Notes: generated by a model from the sequence alone, not told the origin. 64,000 bases of DNA from Octopus sinensis (GCF_006345805.1 NW_021835303.1:1-64000); one strand, 5' to 3'; shown: positions 1 through 11,989, counted from the first letter of the stretch. Program-made: numbers and translations.

Positions 1-184
1 AGGAGACAGTTTAGCTGAAGAATGGACAAAAATTCCTTTGGAAACAATTCAACAAACTTTGGTCGTGTCCATCCACCTTGTAGAATTCAAGCTGTAATTA
101 CTGCCAGAGACGGTCCTACGCCCTATTAAAATAAATTGTTTGAAATTTAAAGGTGTTTCCATTATTTTGTCCCACCCCGTGTGT
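1..184 (+). mobile_element. Tc1-family transposon 3' end (frameshifted transposase C-terminus plus right TIR)
   Basis: LAEEWTKIPLETIQ...RIQAVITARDGPTPY* followed by a TIR-like ggtgtttccattattttgtcccacccc next to a TA repeat. Confidence 0.8.
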
Positions 185-420
185 ATATGTTTGAATATAT
201 ATATAACTATATATATATATATATATATATAATTATATATATATATAATACATAATATACATGTATATATTATGCATCATATATATATATACATAATATA
301 CATGTATATATGTATGCATAATATACATGTATATATGTATGCATATATATATACATAATATACATGTATATATATATAATATACATGTATATATATGTGT
401 GTGTACATACATATATGTGT

Positions 421-630
421 GTGTGTGTCCGTTACACTCCCACTGTCACTTGATAGTCAGTATTGGTTTGTTTACGTCCCTGTAAATTTAACGTTTCGAT
501 TAAGGAAACCGATAAAATAGGTCCTAGACTTGAAAATGAATAAGAAAACAAGTACTGTAGTCGATTTGTTCGTCTAATCTTGTCAAGGTGGTGCCCCAGC
601 ATGACCGCCGCCCCATGACTGAAACAAGTA
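421..630 (+). mobile_element. SINE family C, 3' half
   Basis: Ends ...cagcatgaccgc...atgactgaaacaagtaa like other family C copies. Confidence 0.7.
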
Positions 631-1046
631 ATACAAAACAAAATGATAAAAAAAAACAGGTAAAACAAGACAAGTGTTTCAAAAAAAAATTTCTAAATTT
701 TTGTTTGGTCAGACAAGCATAGAAAAATTCTTTGATGAACCATAAATTATTTTCAGGCACCGAAACAAATTCCACATTGATCGCATATGGAATACATAGA
801 GAACTGGGTGTTGCTCTCTTAATTCCAAGCTCCAATATGAAGAAGGCACAATGGTGATATTCATGCGATAATATTTTGTTTCAAAATTCAAAGTAAAAAG
901 TTCGGATTCCTCTGTTAATTCTTTAAATTCTTGTAAATATTTATAGTTTGGTTAAGTTTTGGAACGCGCGAATGGTTTTTATGTAGACCTCCTGATTCAC
1001 TTAATCAAAGCCTCATGTTAGGATTCTATGCAGAATAAGAAATATA

Positions 1047-1105
1047 GTGTATGCGGGTGTATATATACATATATATATATATCTATATATATATATATAT
1101 ATATC

Positions 1106-1137
<32 letters not shown>

Positions 1138-1248
1138 CATATATATATCTATATACATATATAATACACAATATATATATATTAACATATATACATGTAT
1201 ATATACATATATACATGTATATATACATATATACATATACATTACATA

Positions 1249-1300
<52 letters not shown>
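1047..1300. repeat. (TA)n microsatellite
   Basis: Direct reading. Confidence 0.95.
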
Positions 1301-1303
<3 letters not shown>

Positions 1304-1777
1304 CAAATTAAAATGAATAATTTTAGATTTGACTGTATGGGAGGCGAGAAAGCGTTAAAAGTCCTTGTGTTGGCCAGTATAAAGTTATAAGTATCTGCTG
1401 AGTTATAAGAAGTTTTACCGGAAGCGATAATTCCTTAAAATGACAAGTTCTAGTCATTCACTATCACTGAGGAGGGGGTAATTGGTTGGCAAAGGGTAGA
1501 AATAAAGAAATTATCATGATCCTTTAATCTAGACGTGACTTAATTCTTTGCATACCACCAGAGAAGACAAACAAGAGATTAAAGAAAAAACTTCTGTATT
1601 TTGTTAAAGGTTTGACACCATTATAAGTATGACCACAGTTTAGAAATCGGATATTTTAAGTGTTTTATATATACAAATCCATAAATGTCTATTACTATGT
1701 GTGTGTCTGCATGAGTGTGTGTATATATATGATTGTGTGTGTGAGTATGTGTGTGTGTGTGTGTGTGTATATGTGCG

Positions 1778-1905
1778 TGAGGGCGCATGGCCTAGTCGTT
1801 AAGGTATTGCACTCTTGATAACGAGATCGTGGTTTCGATCTCTGGATTGGGCAATTGGTTGTGTTCTTAAGCAAAATACTTGCTCTGCGATCCCTTCTAT
1901 ACGAG
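1778..1905 (+). mobile_element. SINE family B (CORE-like) head fragment
   Basis: A-box tggcctagtcg, B-box gtttcgatc, then CORE-like ttgtgttcttaagcaaaatac. Similar copy at 48733. Confidence 0.65.
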
Positions 1906-2667
1906 TGCCAACAATTTGACTTCTTTGAAAGTCTGACAAATCTGTCATTTTAATGAATTTTAATTACCTTTTTCTGATGATAGCTGAAACGAAACAGGAA
2001 TTTTAGCAAAACATATTAAGCAACACTAATAATAAACCAAAAAAAAAACATAAAAATAAACGAGTTTTTGACGGTTTTACAGATATTTCAAAATAATGAT
2101 GCTATGATGCTAGGCATTTCCATTATTTTCTCCAACCCCTGTGTATATGTATGTACATATATATACATGTATATTGTATATATGCATATATGTTTGTGTG
2201 TGTATAGTATATATGTGTACACATGCATACGCAAGATATTTTATGTAATTTTGGTAAATATATCTGTTAAAATGAGATGTCAGTGTTATTTTCATTCTTG
2301 CGTAATTTAGACGACAGTTTTTTCGCCGCACTCTGTATATTTACTACTGAATGAACTGGAGCAATTTGAAATGTTTTGCACAAGAACGCAAAGCAGCACT
2401 CAGTCGAACCCACGATCTTGCGACTTTCGATGCAACACTTGGCTACGCCCTTTCACTCAACATCGATAAAATTCCAGAAATTTGGGAAGAGGAAAAAGTC
2501 ATTTATATCGATCTTAAAAGGATAAAAGCAATGCTGATTATGGCGGTATTTTAGTTTAGAACTTAAAACGCCAGATTAAAAGTTGCAAAGCGTTTTATGT
2601 TCGAAATAACTCTCTGTTTTAGTAATAACGAAAATAATAACATCGGATAATAGTAAAAACAACATAA

Positions 2668-2940
2668 AAAAGAGCACTGAGAGAGCGCAGACCTCCGTCA
2701 AGGCAATTCCAACGTCCTCTCAACGATTAGCCATTGATAATTCTTGAAATGAGAATAAACTCGACTGTTTAGAATGAAATAAAACCGACTGCCCTCACAA
2801 ACAAGAATACAAAAAAATGAACCCGACCGTTCTCAAAAATTAAGTAAAAAAAACAGCAAAAATAATCCAGAATCCTTATTCGGTACCGGATCGATCCCAA
2901 AACCTAATCACTTCCGCCTTCGCTAAGACGGAGGTAATAA
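2668..2940. mobile_element. Putative Helentron-associated non-autonomous element
   Basis: Sub-terminal GACCTCCG near the left end; right end ttccgccttcgctaagacggaggtaataa forms a hairpin complementary to it. Confidence 0.45.
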
Positions 2941-3010
2941 TAAATACGACAGTAATTGCATAAATAAATGTCAACCAGCTTGAGACATCTAGTTCAGTGT
3001 CCATTTTGTT

Positions 3011-3265
3011 ATGTTTTTAGCAGATTTCCAACAGCTTCACCATAGAATGTTGCTTTTCCTTACCCGTAAACCCAGTATAAAATCTCTCCCAGGAGATTTT
3101 TTTCATTTGGTAATTTTGCAGCAATTTTTTAGAGAATTTCATTTGTGGTGTCATAGGTTTTGTGGGAGACGTCTCAATAGTACTCACTCGATCATTTATC
3201 CATGCTGCATCGCAGTTGTGCTCATTATTTTCATTCCAAATTTCACCAACGGCACCACCCAACTA
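3011..3265 (-). pseudogene. Decayed R4/Dong LINE fragment (pre-RT region)
   Basis: Frameshifted EIWNENNEHNCDAAWIND...TNEIL*KIAAKLPN...KSPGRDFILG resembles the IW...HN..A.W...K.PN.K.PG.D.I.G block upstream of R4/Dong RT. Confidence 0.6.
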
Positions 3266-3289
3266 TGCCTACAGATCTTCTAAGAGAGG

Positions 3290-3344
3290 AATATGAAACG
3301 ATACCCTCAAGGTTTTAAAAACCTTGAGGGTATTGTTTCATATT
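3290..3344. repeat. 55-bp near-perfect palindrome
   Basis: 27-bp arms aatatgaaac(g/a)ataccctcaaggtttt, one mismatch, 1-nt centre. Confidence 0.95.
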
Positions 3345-4002
3345 ACGTTATACAACTTGTGTGTTTATGGTAAACTTGCAGTTAATGGTACTGCGTTCTT
3401 GTCATTTCTTCCGATAATAAATCTTTTATCTCATCGCTTGTAGTCTGTACTAATTGAAAATTGGTTTACTTACGAATGAGATAATTACTAATAATTAATA
3501 TTTTTCATCGGCAGTTTCCGTACATCATCGACATCCTTCGTAAAGTTGCATCTAGTAAGTCGTGAATTTATCATTCACTTTGCATCTGATGATAGTTTCC
3601 AATCGGGCGATGTTTACTTTCTCGTAACCTATTGATATTTTTTTTTAGAGGAAATTAGTTTATTTTGATTATGTGTTCTCTTTTCGATCTTTCTCTGCTG
3701 CTCCCACGTATTTACAAACGGTAACTGCAACAATACAGCATAGCAATCCAACGTCCGATAGCTAGGGACCTCAATTTGTACTCGAGGTTTCTTTCTGACT
3801 TATCGTTCTCTAACATCAATTCAAAAAGTTTTCTGTCAATTCATCTCATAAACATTCTATCAATTTGTGGTTTGTCGATGTTAATAGAGAACATCTGATT
3901 CAGTCTTGCTGCCAGTTGTATTTTTGAGTAGTCTATGCTGTTCTTCACACATTTCTAAAATGTTCGTAAGCGACCGCCACATGTTCGTGTAATGGCGGGA
4001 TG

Positions 4003-4172
4003 AAGTCAATTACATCTACCCCAGTGCGTAACTTGTAATTATTTAATCGACCCCGAAAGGATGAAAGGCAGAGCCGACCCCGGCGGAATTTGAACTCAGA
4101 ACGAAGCGGCAGACGAAAACCGCTAAGCATTTCGCCCGGCGTGCTAATGATTCTGCCAGCTCGCCACCTTAT
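4003..4172 (-). mobile_element. SINE family A (tRNA-derived)
   Basis: Reverse complement of gagctggcagaa...gagttcaaattccgcc...ctttcatcctttcggggtcga...ctggggt. Confidence 0.85.
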
Positions 4173-4176
4173 CTCC

Positions 4177-4218
<42 letters not shown>

Positions 4219-4224
4219 TATGTA

Positions 4225-4364
4225 TTAGACATTCACTAGTACAACACCAAAAAAAAAAAAAAAAACCAAATATATGGCACAGAACTTCCAACCTGTTGTC
4301 TCTTGAGGTCTCTGGGTGAGATTTGGAGCCAACTTGTACAGACATAAAGCAAAAGTCAAACATA
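4225..4364 (+). mobile_element. TAA-tailed retroposon 3'-end fragment (Dong 3'UTR-like), copy 1
   Basis: Homologous to 4992-5144. Lies between TAA arrays and ends in (TAA)n. Confidence 0.55.
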
Positions 4365-4365
4365 A

Positions 4366-4432
<67 letters not shown>

Positions 4433-4436
4433 TACA

Positions 4437-4950
4437 TGATGCAGTACCAGGCAGTGGCTCTCATTTCTTTTGATCTTAACTGATTAGAAGTGTTATGTAC
4501 ATTGTTTTGTCTTGACATAAAAAGATGGGCTACACAAATATTCTGCTCAATACCACAGATCATGTCCTTTAGTGGCTGACGATATGTGCATCTCTGATCA
4601 CGAGCAGGAGTAGTGGGGGAGCATCATAGCCATGTGTTGAGAGGGATTCATTGGGGTTTGGATAATTCACCACTGGAAACATAGGTGTTTTGTTCAGCAT
4701 CCTGAAACAGCCCTTATTCAAGGACCTTTGAATGGGATGAGCTACTCGACCAGAAAAAAAATTCTAACTGGGCCCCACCTGCAAGGTCATGTGCTGTTTA
4801 TCTTGATATGAGATCACCATGTCGCGCACATATGGTTGTGCTGCATGTAAATGGTGTACTATTATCAGACGAGTAGTCATGATGGGTATACTGGGCTTCG
4901 TATATTTGTACCCCAGTGTCACTTTGATTGCATGCAATGTACTCTCACTC
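4437..4950 (+). mobile_element. ~555-bp non-coding TAA-embedded element (internally deleted copy)
   Basis: Reverse complement of 7302-7857 with a ~34-bp internal deletion; (TAA)n on both sides. Confidence 0.9.
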
Positions 4951-4991
4951 AATAATAATAATAATAATATCGTTTTTTTTAATTGTTTTTT

Positions 4992-5144
4992 TTAGGCATT
5001 CACTAGTACAACACTAAATACAAAACCAAATATATGGCACACTAGGCATAACAACAATACGAACTTCCAACCTGTTGTCTCTTGAGGTCTCTAGGTGAGA
5101 CTTGGAGCCAACTTGTACAAATATAAATCAAAAGTCAAACATAG
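4992..5144 (+). mobile_element. TAA-tailed retroposon 3'-end fragment, copy 2
   Basis: cattcactagtacaacac...tctcttgaggtctct...aaagtcaaacat then (TAA)n. Confidence 0.55.
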
Positions 5145-5564
5145 AATAATAATAATAATAATTATGATATTAATAATAATAATCCACGCGTTGTTATTTG
5201 TTACTTTAATTTCGCTTCTTGGTTTTCCCAAAAAGAGAACTTCACGGCCTTTCTCCAAAGATAACCATTTTCTTTGTCACCAAGTTTAAATTAATAGTAA
5301 AAGATTTTAAGTACTGGTATTCATTACACGAAACACTAACAAATCCTTCCAATGCCCACGTCTACCTAAGTGTATATGAATGTATGTATGTTATACAATA
5401 TTAGGAAGGGTGAGATTTGAGAACGTGTTTGTCAGTTTAAATTATTGAGTAAATTTTCCTCCCTGCTGCAAAAATAACTAAATTTGATCTTAATTTGAGG
5501 CAGTAAAACATGCGATTTGTTTATTTTCGTTTTTCATTCATTACAGTTATTTATTTATTTATTT

Positions 5565-6210
5565 TTCATCATCATCACCATCACCATCATCATTATCATC
5601 ATCGTCATTGTCGTCGTCGTCGTCATCATTTCAATCGTTATCACCATACTCATCATCATCATCGTCATCATCATCATCATCACCATCATCATTATCATCA
5701 GCGTCGTCGTCATCATTACCATCATTATCATCATGGTCGTCGTCGTCATCGTCGTCATCATCATCATCTTCATCATCATCGTCATCATCATAATCGTTAT
5801 CACCATGTTCCTCATCACCCTCACCACCAACACCACCATCATTACCACCACAACAACATCAACAATAACCTCAGCTCCACCACCATCATCATCATCATCA
5901 GCAACAACAACAATAACAACACTACCAGCATTGTCATAATCACTATGACTATTGAAACCAACCTCCTTACCACCACCACCACCACCACCACCACCACCAC
6001 TTCAGTCATAATCTCCATCACCGTCACCACCACCACCATTTCAACCGCTATCCCCACCACCACCACCATCATTATCACCGCTGTCATCAGTATCTCAAAC
6101 ACCATTACTACTACCAACAGCACATCCATCATCATCATCATCATTATCACTATCGACATCCACCCTCCCACCACCACCGCCACCGCCACCATCACTATCA
6201 TCAAAGGGTG
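5565..6210. repeat. Compound trinucleotide repeat (CAT/CGT/CAC/CAA)n
   Basis: Direct reading; source of the His/Ile/Thr-rich ORFs in the track. Confidence 0.95.
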
Positions 6211-6598
6211 TGTAGTCTCTGTTTCACAAACCACAATTCCCTGCAATCTGAAATATCAAGTGACCAACAACAAGAATGTAACCGGAGAGGCTTATGCAAA
6301 ATCACGTGGTTTTTATATCTGGGACGTATGTCAGTAGAATTTGATCCCTCGACGTCTACTTTACCCATTTAGCCTCTCCCCAGAGACAATTTTACTACAC
6401 CCTACAGCAAACCTTTAATGGGTTCAAGTGGTTTCTGTATCTATCTCGCTTGTGTTTCTTCATGAATCATTCATAAATGAGATTTCGGGTAGCATTTTTT
6501 GTGGGGTGGTGGAGATGCTGTTTTGAGGGTATTATCCTCGGGTAATATTAAAGCGGTGGCGAAAACGGCGAGTTGGTGGAATCATTATCATCATCATT

Positions 6599-6656
<58 letters not shown>

Positions 6657-6941
6657 CCATCATTATTATTATTTTTTTTTCTTCTTTCAAATTTGCTTCC
6701 ATTTCTTGCCGAGTGTCTTCCCGACTCCTAGGGCAAAGAAACTCATAGTATACATTGATAGGCCATTAAACCAAACTCAATAGTTCGTTCATTTTTTTTT
6801 TAAAGTTAAATTAAAATACATGAGCAGCAACAGTTCTCACATCGACAATGCTCTTCTTTTATTATTATTATTAACATCATTATTATTATTATTATTATAT
6901 TATATTATTATTATTATATTATTATTATTATATTATTATTA

Positions 6942-6988
<47 letters not shown>

Positions 6989-7220
6989 GAGGGAGAGAGC
7001 AGCGCATGCCATCAAAGTGACACTGGGGTAAAATATAACGAAGTCCAGTGTACCCATCATGACTACCCGTCTAATAAGGGTACACCAGGCACATGCATCA
7101 TGACTATATGTGCGCGACATGGTGATCTCATATCAAGATAAACAGCACATGACCTTGCAGGTGGGGCCCAGTTAGAATTTTCTTCTGGTCGAGTAACCCA
7201 TCCCACTCAAAAGGTCCCTG

Positions 7221-7221
<1 letters not shown>
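6989..7221 (-). mobile_element. Short (233-bp) form of the TAA element
   Basis: Matches the left 233 bp of 7302-7857; (TTA)n flanks. Confidence 0.9.
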
Positions 7222-7292
<71 letters not shown>

Positions 7293-7301
7293 GTTGTTGT
7301 T

Positions 7302-7857
7302 GAGTGAGAGAGCAGTTCATGCCATCAAAGTGACACTGGGGTAAAATATACGAAGCCCAATATACCCATCATGACTACCCGTCTGATAAAGGTACACCAG
7401 GCACATGCATCACAACCATATGTGCGCGACATGGTGATCTCATATCAAGATAAACAGCACATGACCTTGCAGGTGGGGCCCAGTTAGAATTTTCTTCTGG
7501 TTGAGTAGCCCATCCCGCTCAGAAGGTCCCTGAATAAGGGTTGTTTAAGGATGTTGAAAGAACCACCCATGTTTCCAGAGGTGAATTATTCAAACCCCAA
7601 AGAATCCCTCTCAACACATGGCTATGATGCTCCCCCACTACTTCTGCTCGTGATCAGAGATGCACATATCGTCAGCCACTAAGGGACATGCTCAACTGGT
7701 TAAGGTCAAACAACTGACAAGCAAATCTGTGGTATTGAGCAGAATATTTGCTGTAGCCCATCTTTTATACCAAGACAAAACAATGTACATGATAACACTT
7801 CCAATCAGTTAAGATCAGAAGCCATCAGAGCCAATGCCTGGTACTGCATCAGGGCAT
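7302..7857 (-). mobile_element. Full-length ~555-bp TAA-embedded element
   Basis: Longest copy; homologous to 4437-4950 and 41349-41883; (TTA)n/(TTG)n flanks. Confidence 0.9.
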
Positions 7858-7880
7858 TTATTATTATTATTATTATTATT

Positions 7881-9957
7881 CAGTAGTTTTATTATTATAG
7901 CGTGCTTTCACTTCACTACCGAGCGCAGCTCTGTGTGCCTTGGGTATGTGCTGTGATTTGTTGTGATGCTCTGATGCTTATTGTATGGAAAGTGTTCTGC
8001 GTAGGATGTGTGCAGTGCCTAGTAGTGCAATTTTCTGTATGTTATATGTGTTTGTAAGTCCTGGTGTTTTTGTTATGTATTTGTCTGAATATTTTTTTAT
8101 CATGCCTAATGCACCTACTATGATAGGAATTGTTTCTGTTTTCAGATTCCACATTCTAGTTACCTCTATTTCCAGGTCTTTGTATTTTGAGAGTTTCTCC
8201 ATTTCTTTTAGAGACACGTTGTCATCTGTCGGTACTGATACATCAATTAGAAAGCATTTTTTTCTTCATGGTCTCTGACAACTATATCTGGTCTGTTGGC
8301 CTTAATTTCTCTATCTGTGTGTATCGGCATATCCCAGAGTATGGTTGCTTTCTCGTTTTCTGTGACCTTTTCTGGTGTGTGCCTATACCATCTTTTTTCT
8401 GTTGTTATTCCATAATGTTGGCATAGCTTCCAATGTATGTAAGTTCCAACTCTGTCATGTCTGTGAATATATTCCTTCTTAGCCAGGACTGGGCAGCTAG
8501 AGATAATATGATTTATTGTTTCTTGTCCATCTCCACATATTCTGCAGTTACTTGTGATATTTCTTTTCATTACATGTCTTTGGTAATTTCTGGTGGGGAG
8601 GCTTTGGTCTTGTGCTGCAATTAAAAATCCCTCTGTTTCTGCTTTGAGTCCTGAGCTTCTCAACCATTGCTGGGATTTTTCTTTGTCTATTTCTTTTGCG
8701 TTTAGTTTAGTCCAGTATTTACCATGAAGGGGCTTTTCTTGCCATCGTTTTATCATGGTTCGTTGCTGTTCTATTTTTAGTTTGGATTTCATTTTTTTTA
8801 TAGCTTTTGTTGTTTCTTCATCTTCTTCTTCTTCTTCATGTTTATTAGGTGGTATGATTTCTTGTTTGTATTTGTCAGCTTCCTTAAATACTGAGAACAG
8901 TTTTTCGTTTTGCTCGTGTTTTGCCGCTATCTGGATCAGTTTTCCTTCCTTCTGAAATAGATATTTTTGCAGTCCTATGGTGGTTATTTTATAGTAGTTT
9001 TCCAGCTGTATAAGGCCTCTACCACCTTCTATACGTTGTATATATAGTCTTTCTATGTCAGATTTTGGGTGATGCATCCTAGATCCTGTCATTATTTTTC
9101 TTGTTTTCCTGTCTATTTTGGTCAGTTCATTTCGTGTCCAGTTAAGGATATTGTAGCTGTAACTTATAACTGGGACAGCTAAAGTGTTGATACCTATTAT
9201 CTTGTTTTTAGCATTGAGCTCTGTGATTAGTATTGATCTAACTCGTCTATAATATTCTTTTTTTATTTTCTCTTTCATTTGTGTGTGTTGTGTCTTATCT
9301 AGTTCATGGATTCCTAAGTATTTGTAAGTTTGGCTTTGGTCTAATTCTTTTATTTCATTTGCTTCATCTAGTGTGATGTTGTTACTCTTAACTAGTTTTC
9401 CTCTTTTCATGGTTACTTTGGCGCATTTTTCTAATCCAAATTTCATATCTATTTCTTTGGTAAATCCATGAACTGTCTTTAATAGTGTTTCCAGCTGTTT
9501 GTCATTTGCAGCGTATAGTTTTAGGTCATCCATATATAAAAGGTGGCTGATCGTTTTGCCGTAACATTTATATCCGCATCCAGTTCTATTTAGCATATCA
9601 GATAGAGGTGACAGTGCCAAGCAGAATAGGAGTGGAGAGAGCGTATCTCCCTGGAATATTCCTCTTCTAATGGGGATGTCTTTGGTTTTCATGAGTCCCT
9701 CTTTTGTTTGGAGGTGTAGGACTGTTTGCCATTTATTCATAGAGTGATCTATGAATTTTATGATTGTTGGTGCTACTTTGTTAATGGCTAGTGTTTCGAG
9801 GATCCATGTGTGGGGGATGCTATCAAACGCCTTTTTGTAGTCAATCCAGGCCATACTGAGGCCTTTCTTCTTTCTGTGGCTGTCTTCAGTTATGGCTTTA
9901 TTAATCATTAGTTGATCTTTACAGCCATATGAGCCTTTGCGGCATCCTTTCTGCTCT
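7881..9957 (-). mobile_element. R4/Dong-clade non-LTR retrotransposon, 5'-truncated (RT, CCHC knuckle, RLE endonuclease, 3'UTR)
   Basis: RT motifs WIDYKKAFDS, GIFQGDTLSPLLF, LYMDDLKL; CRICG...H....C; RHD; NRPDIVV; KLSKY.DL. (TAA)n at both junctions. Confidence 0.95.
7978..9957 (-). CDS. Reverse transcriptase/RLE endonuclease ORF, N-truncated, one frameshift near 8250-8260
   Basis: Track ORFs 8247..9989 and 7978..8217 join across a T-run. The leading poly-Ile of the track ORF comes from the TAA array. Confidence 0.9.
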
Positions 9958-10006
9958 ATTATTATTATTATTATTATTATTATTATCATTATTATTATTA
10001 TTATTA

Positions 10007-10038
<32 letters not shown>

Positions 10039-10056
10039 TATTATTATTATTATTAT

Positions 10057-10288
10057 GAGTGAGAGAGCAGCGCATGCCATCAAAGTGACACTGGAGTAAA
10101 ATATAACGAAGCCCAGTGTACCCATCATGACTACCCGTCTAATAAGGGTACACTAGGCACATGCATCACAACCATATGTGCGCGACATGGTGAACTCATA
10201 TCAAGATAAACAGCACATGACCTTGCAGGTGGGGCCCAGTTAGAATTTTCTTCTGGTCGAGTAACCCATCCCACTCAAAAGGTCCCTG

Positions 10289-10289
<1 letters not shown>
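10057..10289 (-). mobile_element. Short (233-bp) form of the TAA element, second copy
   Basis: Same breakpoint (ggtccctga|ttatta) as 6989-7221. Confidence 0.9.
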
Positions 10290-10327
<38 letters not shown>

Positions 10328-10376
10328 TTATTATATTATTATTATTATTTCATTATTATTATCATTATTGTTATTA

Positions 10377-10429
<53 letters not shown>

Positions 10430-10467
10430 TATTATTATATATTATTATTATTATTATATTATTATTA

Positions 10468-10506
<39 letters not shown>

Positions 10507-10507
<1 letters not shown>

Positions 10508-11236
10508 GAAAACTCACAGCTTATTTTGCTGGTGTGATGGAAAGTGTCAGCTGTTCACAGCCAGCAGACTAAGGTGACGCTCGTTTTGTTGGTCATGCTT
10601 CAAGAACCCTGCGAAGAATTCTTAGAATTCTAAGCAATGCTGATTTTTGTAGGTGTTCTACCTTCACACTTGCACCAATCTTTTTCAGCCATGTTGGTAG
10701 TTGATTGCTGATACTTCCAAGTGCACCAATTGCTATTGCTATCACGTTTTCTCTCTTCTTTGACCACAACATTCATATTTCCCACTTTAAATCATCATAG
10801 TTGTTTACTTTTTTTTATTTTTCTTTCACATTGATCCTGTTGTCACCAGGGCATGCTATGTCAATTATCATACATGGTCTTACTCTTTTATCCACCACAA
10901 CAATTCCGGTTTCCTATGTCTGGTCGGGTGATCTCACTGGATCATTACATCCCACAAGATTTTGCAATTCTCATTTCCACTGACTCCTTCTGGGGTTTTC
11001 TCATACGACGTATTTGCTCTTTGTAGGTCGTGATTTCCACAGAGCTCCCAATGGATCATTCTTACCACATTGCCATGCTGTCTTTTGCATTCGCGTTGTG
11101 GCAATTCCGGGTATTCGCTAACGATGTGCCATACTATTTCACCCCTTTCACCACACGTTCTGTATTTGTCGCTGTCAGTAGTGTTGTCTATTCTGCACCT
11201 CACATAGTTGGTCCTTAATGCTTGTTCTTGAGCTGC
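10507..11236 (-). pseudogene. Second, decayed R4/Dong family 3' end
   Basis: AAQEQALRTNYV...TCGERGE...IHWELC...ILWD...IIDIACPGD...GALG...LQKSALL...RRVLEA* with stops. Ends in a TAA array. Confidence 0.85.
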
Positions 11237-11732
11237 GGCGGTAAGCTGGTAGAATCGTTATCACACCGGGCAAAATTCTTAGCGATATTTTGTCCGTCTT
11301 CACATTCTGAGTTATCTGTTCTGCGAAGTTACGAAATCTTCTTATATGCACACATGCGATAAACTAAGGATTTTAACGGGGTTAAGCTAAGTCAACAGCA
11401 TACCTGATTTCTCTATAAATTCTTACACTATCTTTGAGTGTTTACCATTATTGAAAATTTATTTATTGACCGAGCGAATGCTATCAGATGAGTAAAAGAT
11501 ACAGATGGAAATTAGATGTCACATAGAAAATTTACCAAAGTAGGGAATCAAATGTGCAATTTTATCTCGTGTCTTGCAGAAAACCACCTGGAGGGTGGTG
11601 TGTGTCTGCTAGCAGTATTAATTTTTATATATTACAGCTATTTATTTGATACATAGTGTAAATTTTATATACAACATATGTTATGTAATATATAGTATTA
11701 ATTTTATACAAATCTATCGTTACATATATATA

Positions 11733-11774
<42 letters not shown>

Positions 11775-11830
11775 CTAGTACATGCTATATATGTGTGTGT
11801 ATGTACGTAAGCTAATACATGCTATATATA

Positions 11831-11873
<43 letters not shown>

Positions 11874-11989
11874 GCATGTATTAACTGTGTTCTAGCAGAC
11901 CTTGGTTCTTCCAAGCGTGTCTATTCTGCCTTAATTTCAGACATAATATATCTAGGACTACCTTATCTGATATGTCTTATTTTTTCTTT

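Noticed and set aside
1971-1995. CTGATGA...GAAAC as a hammerhead (also 15003, 35133 and the reverse motif at ~19275-19322)
   Set aside because: Helix I and/or II cannot be formed.
5510-6337. 275-aa His-rich ORF and overlapping poly-Ile/Ser/Met ORFs
   Set aside because: All frames are open because the DNA is CAT/CAC repeat; no splice or domain support.
7790-7857. HDV-like ribozyme at the 5' end of the TAA element
   Set aside because: I could not build P1, P1.1 and P2 consistently by hand; needs a covariance search.
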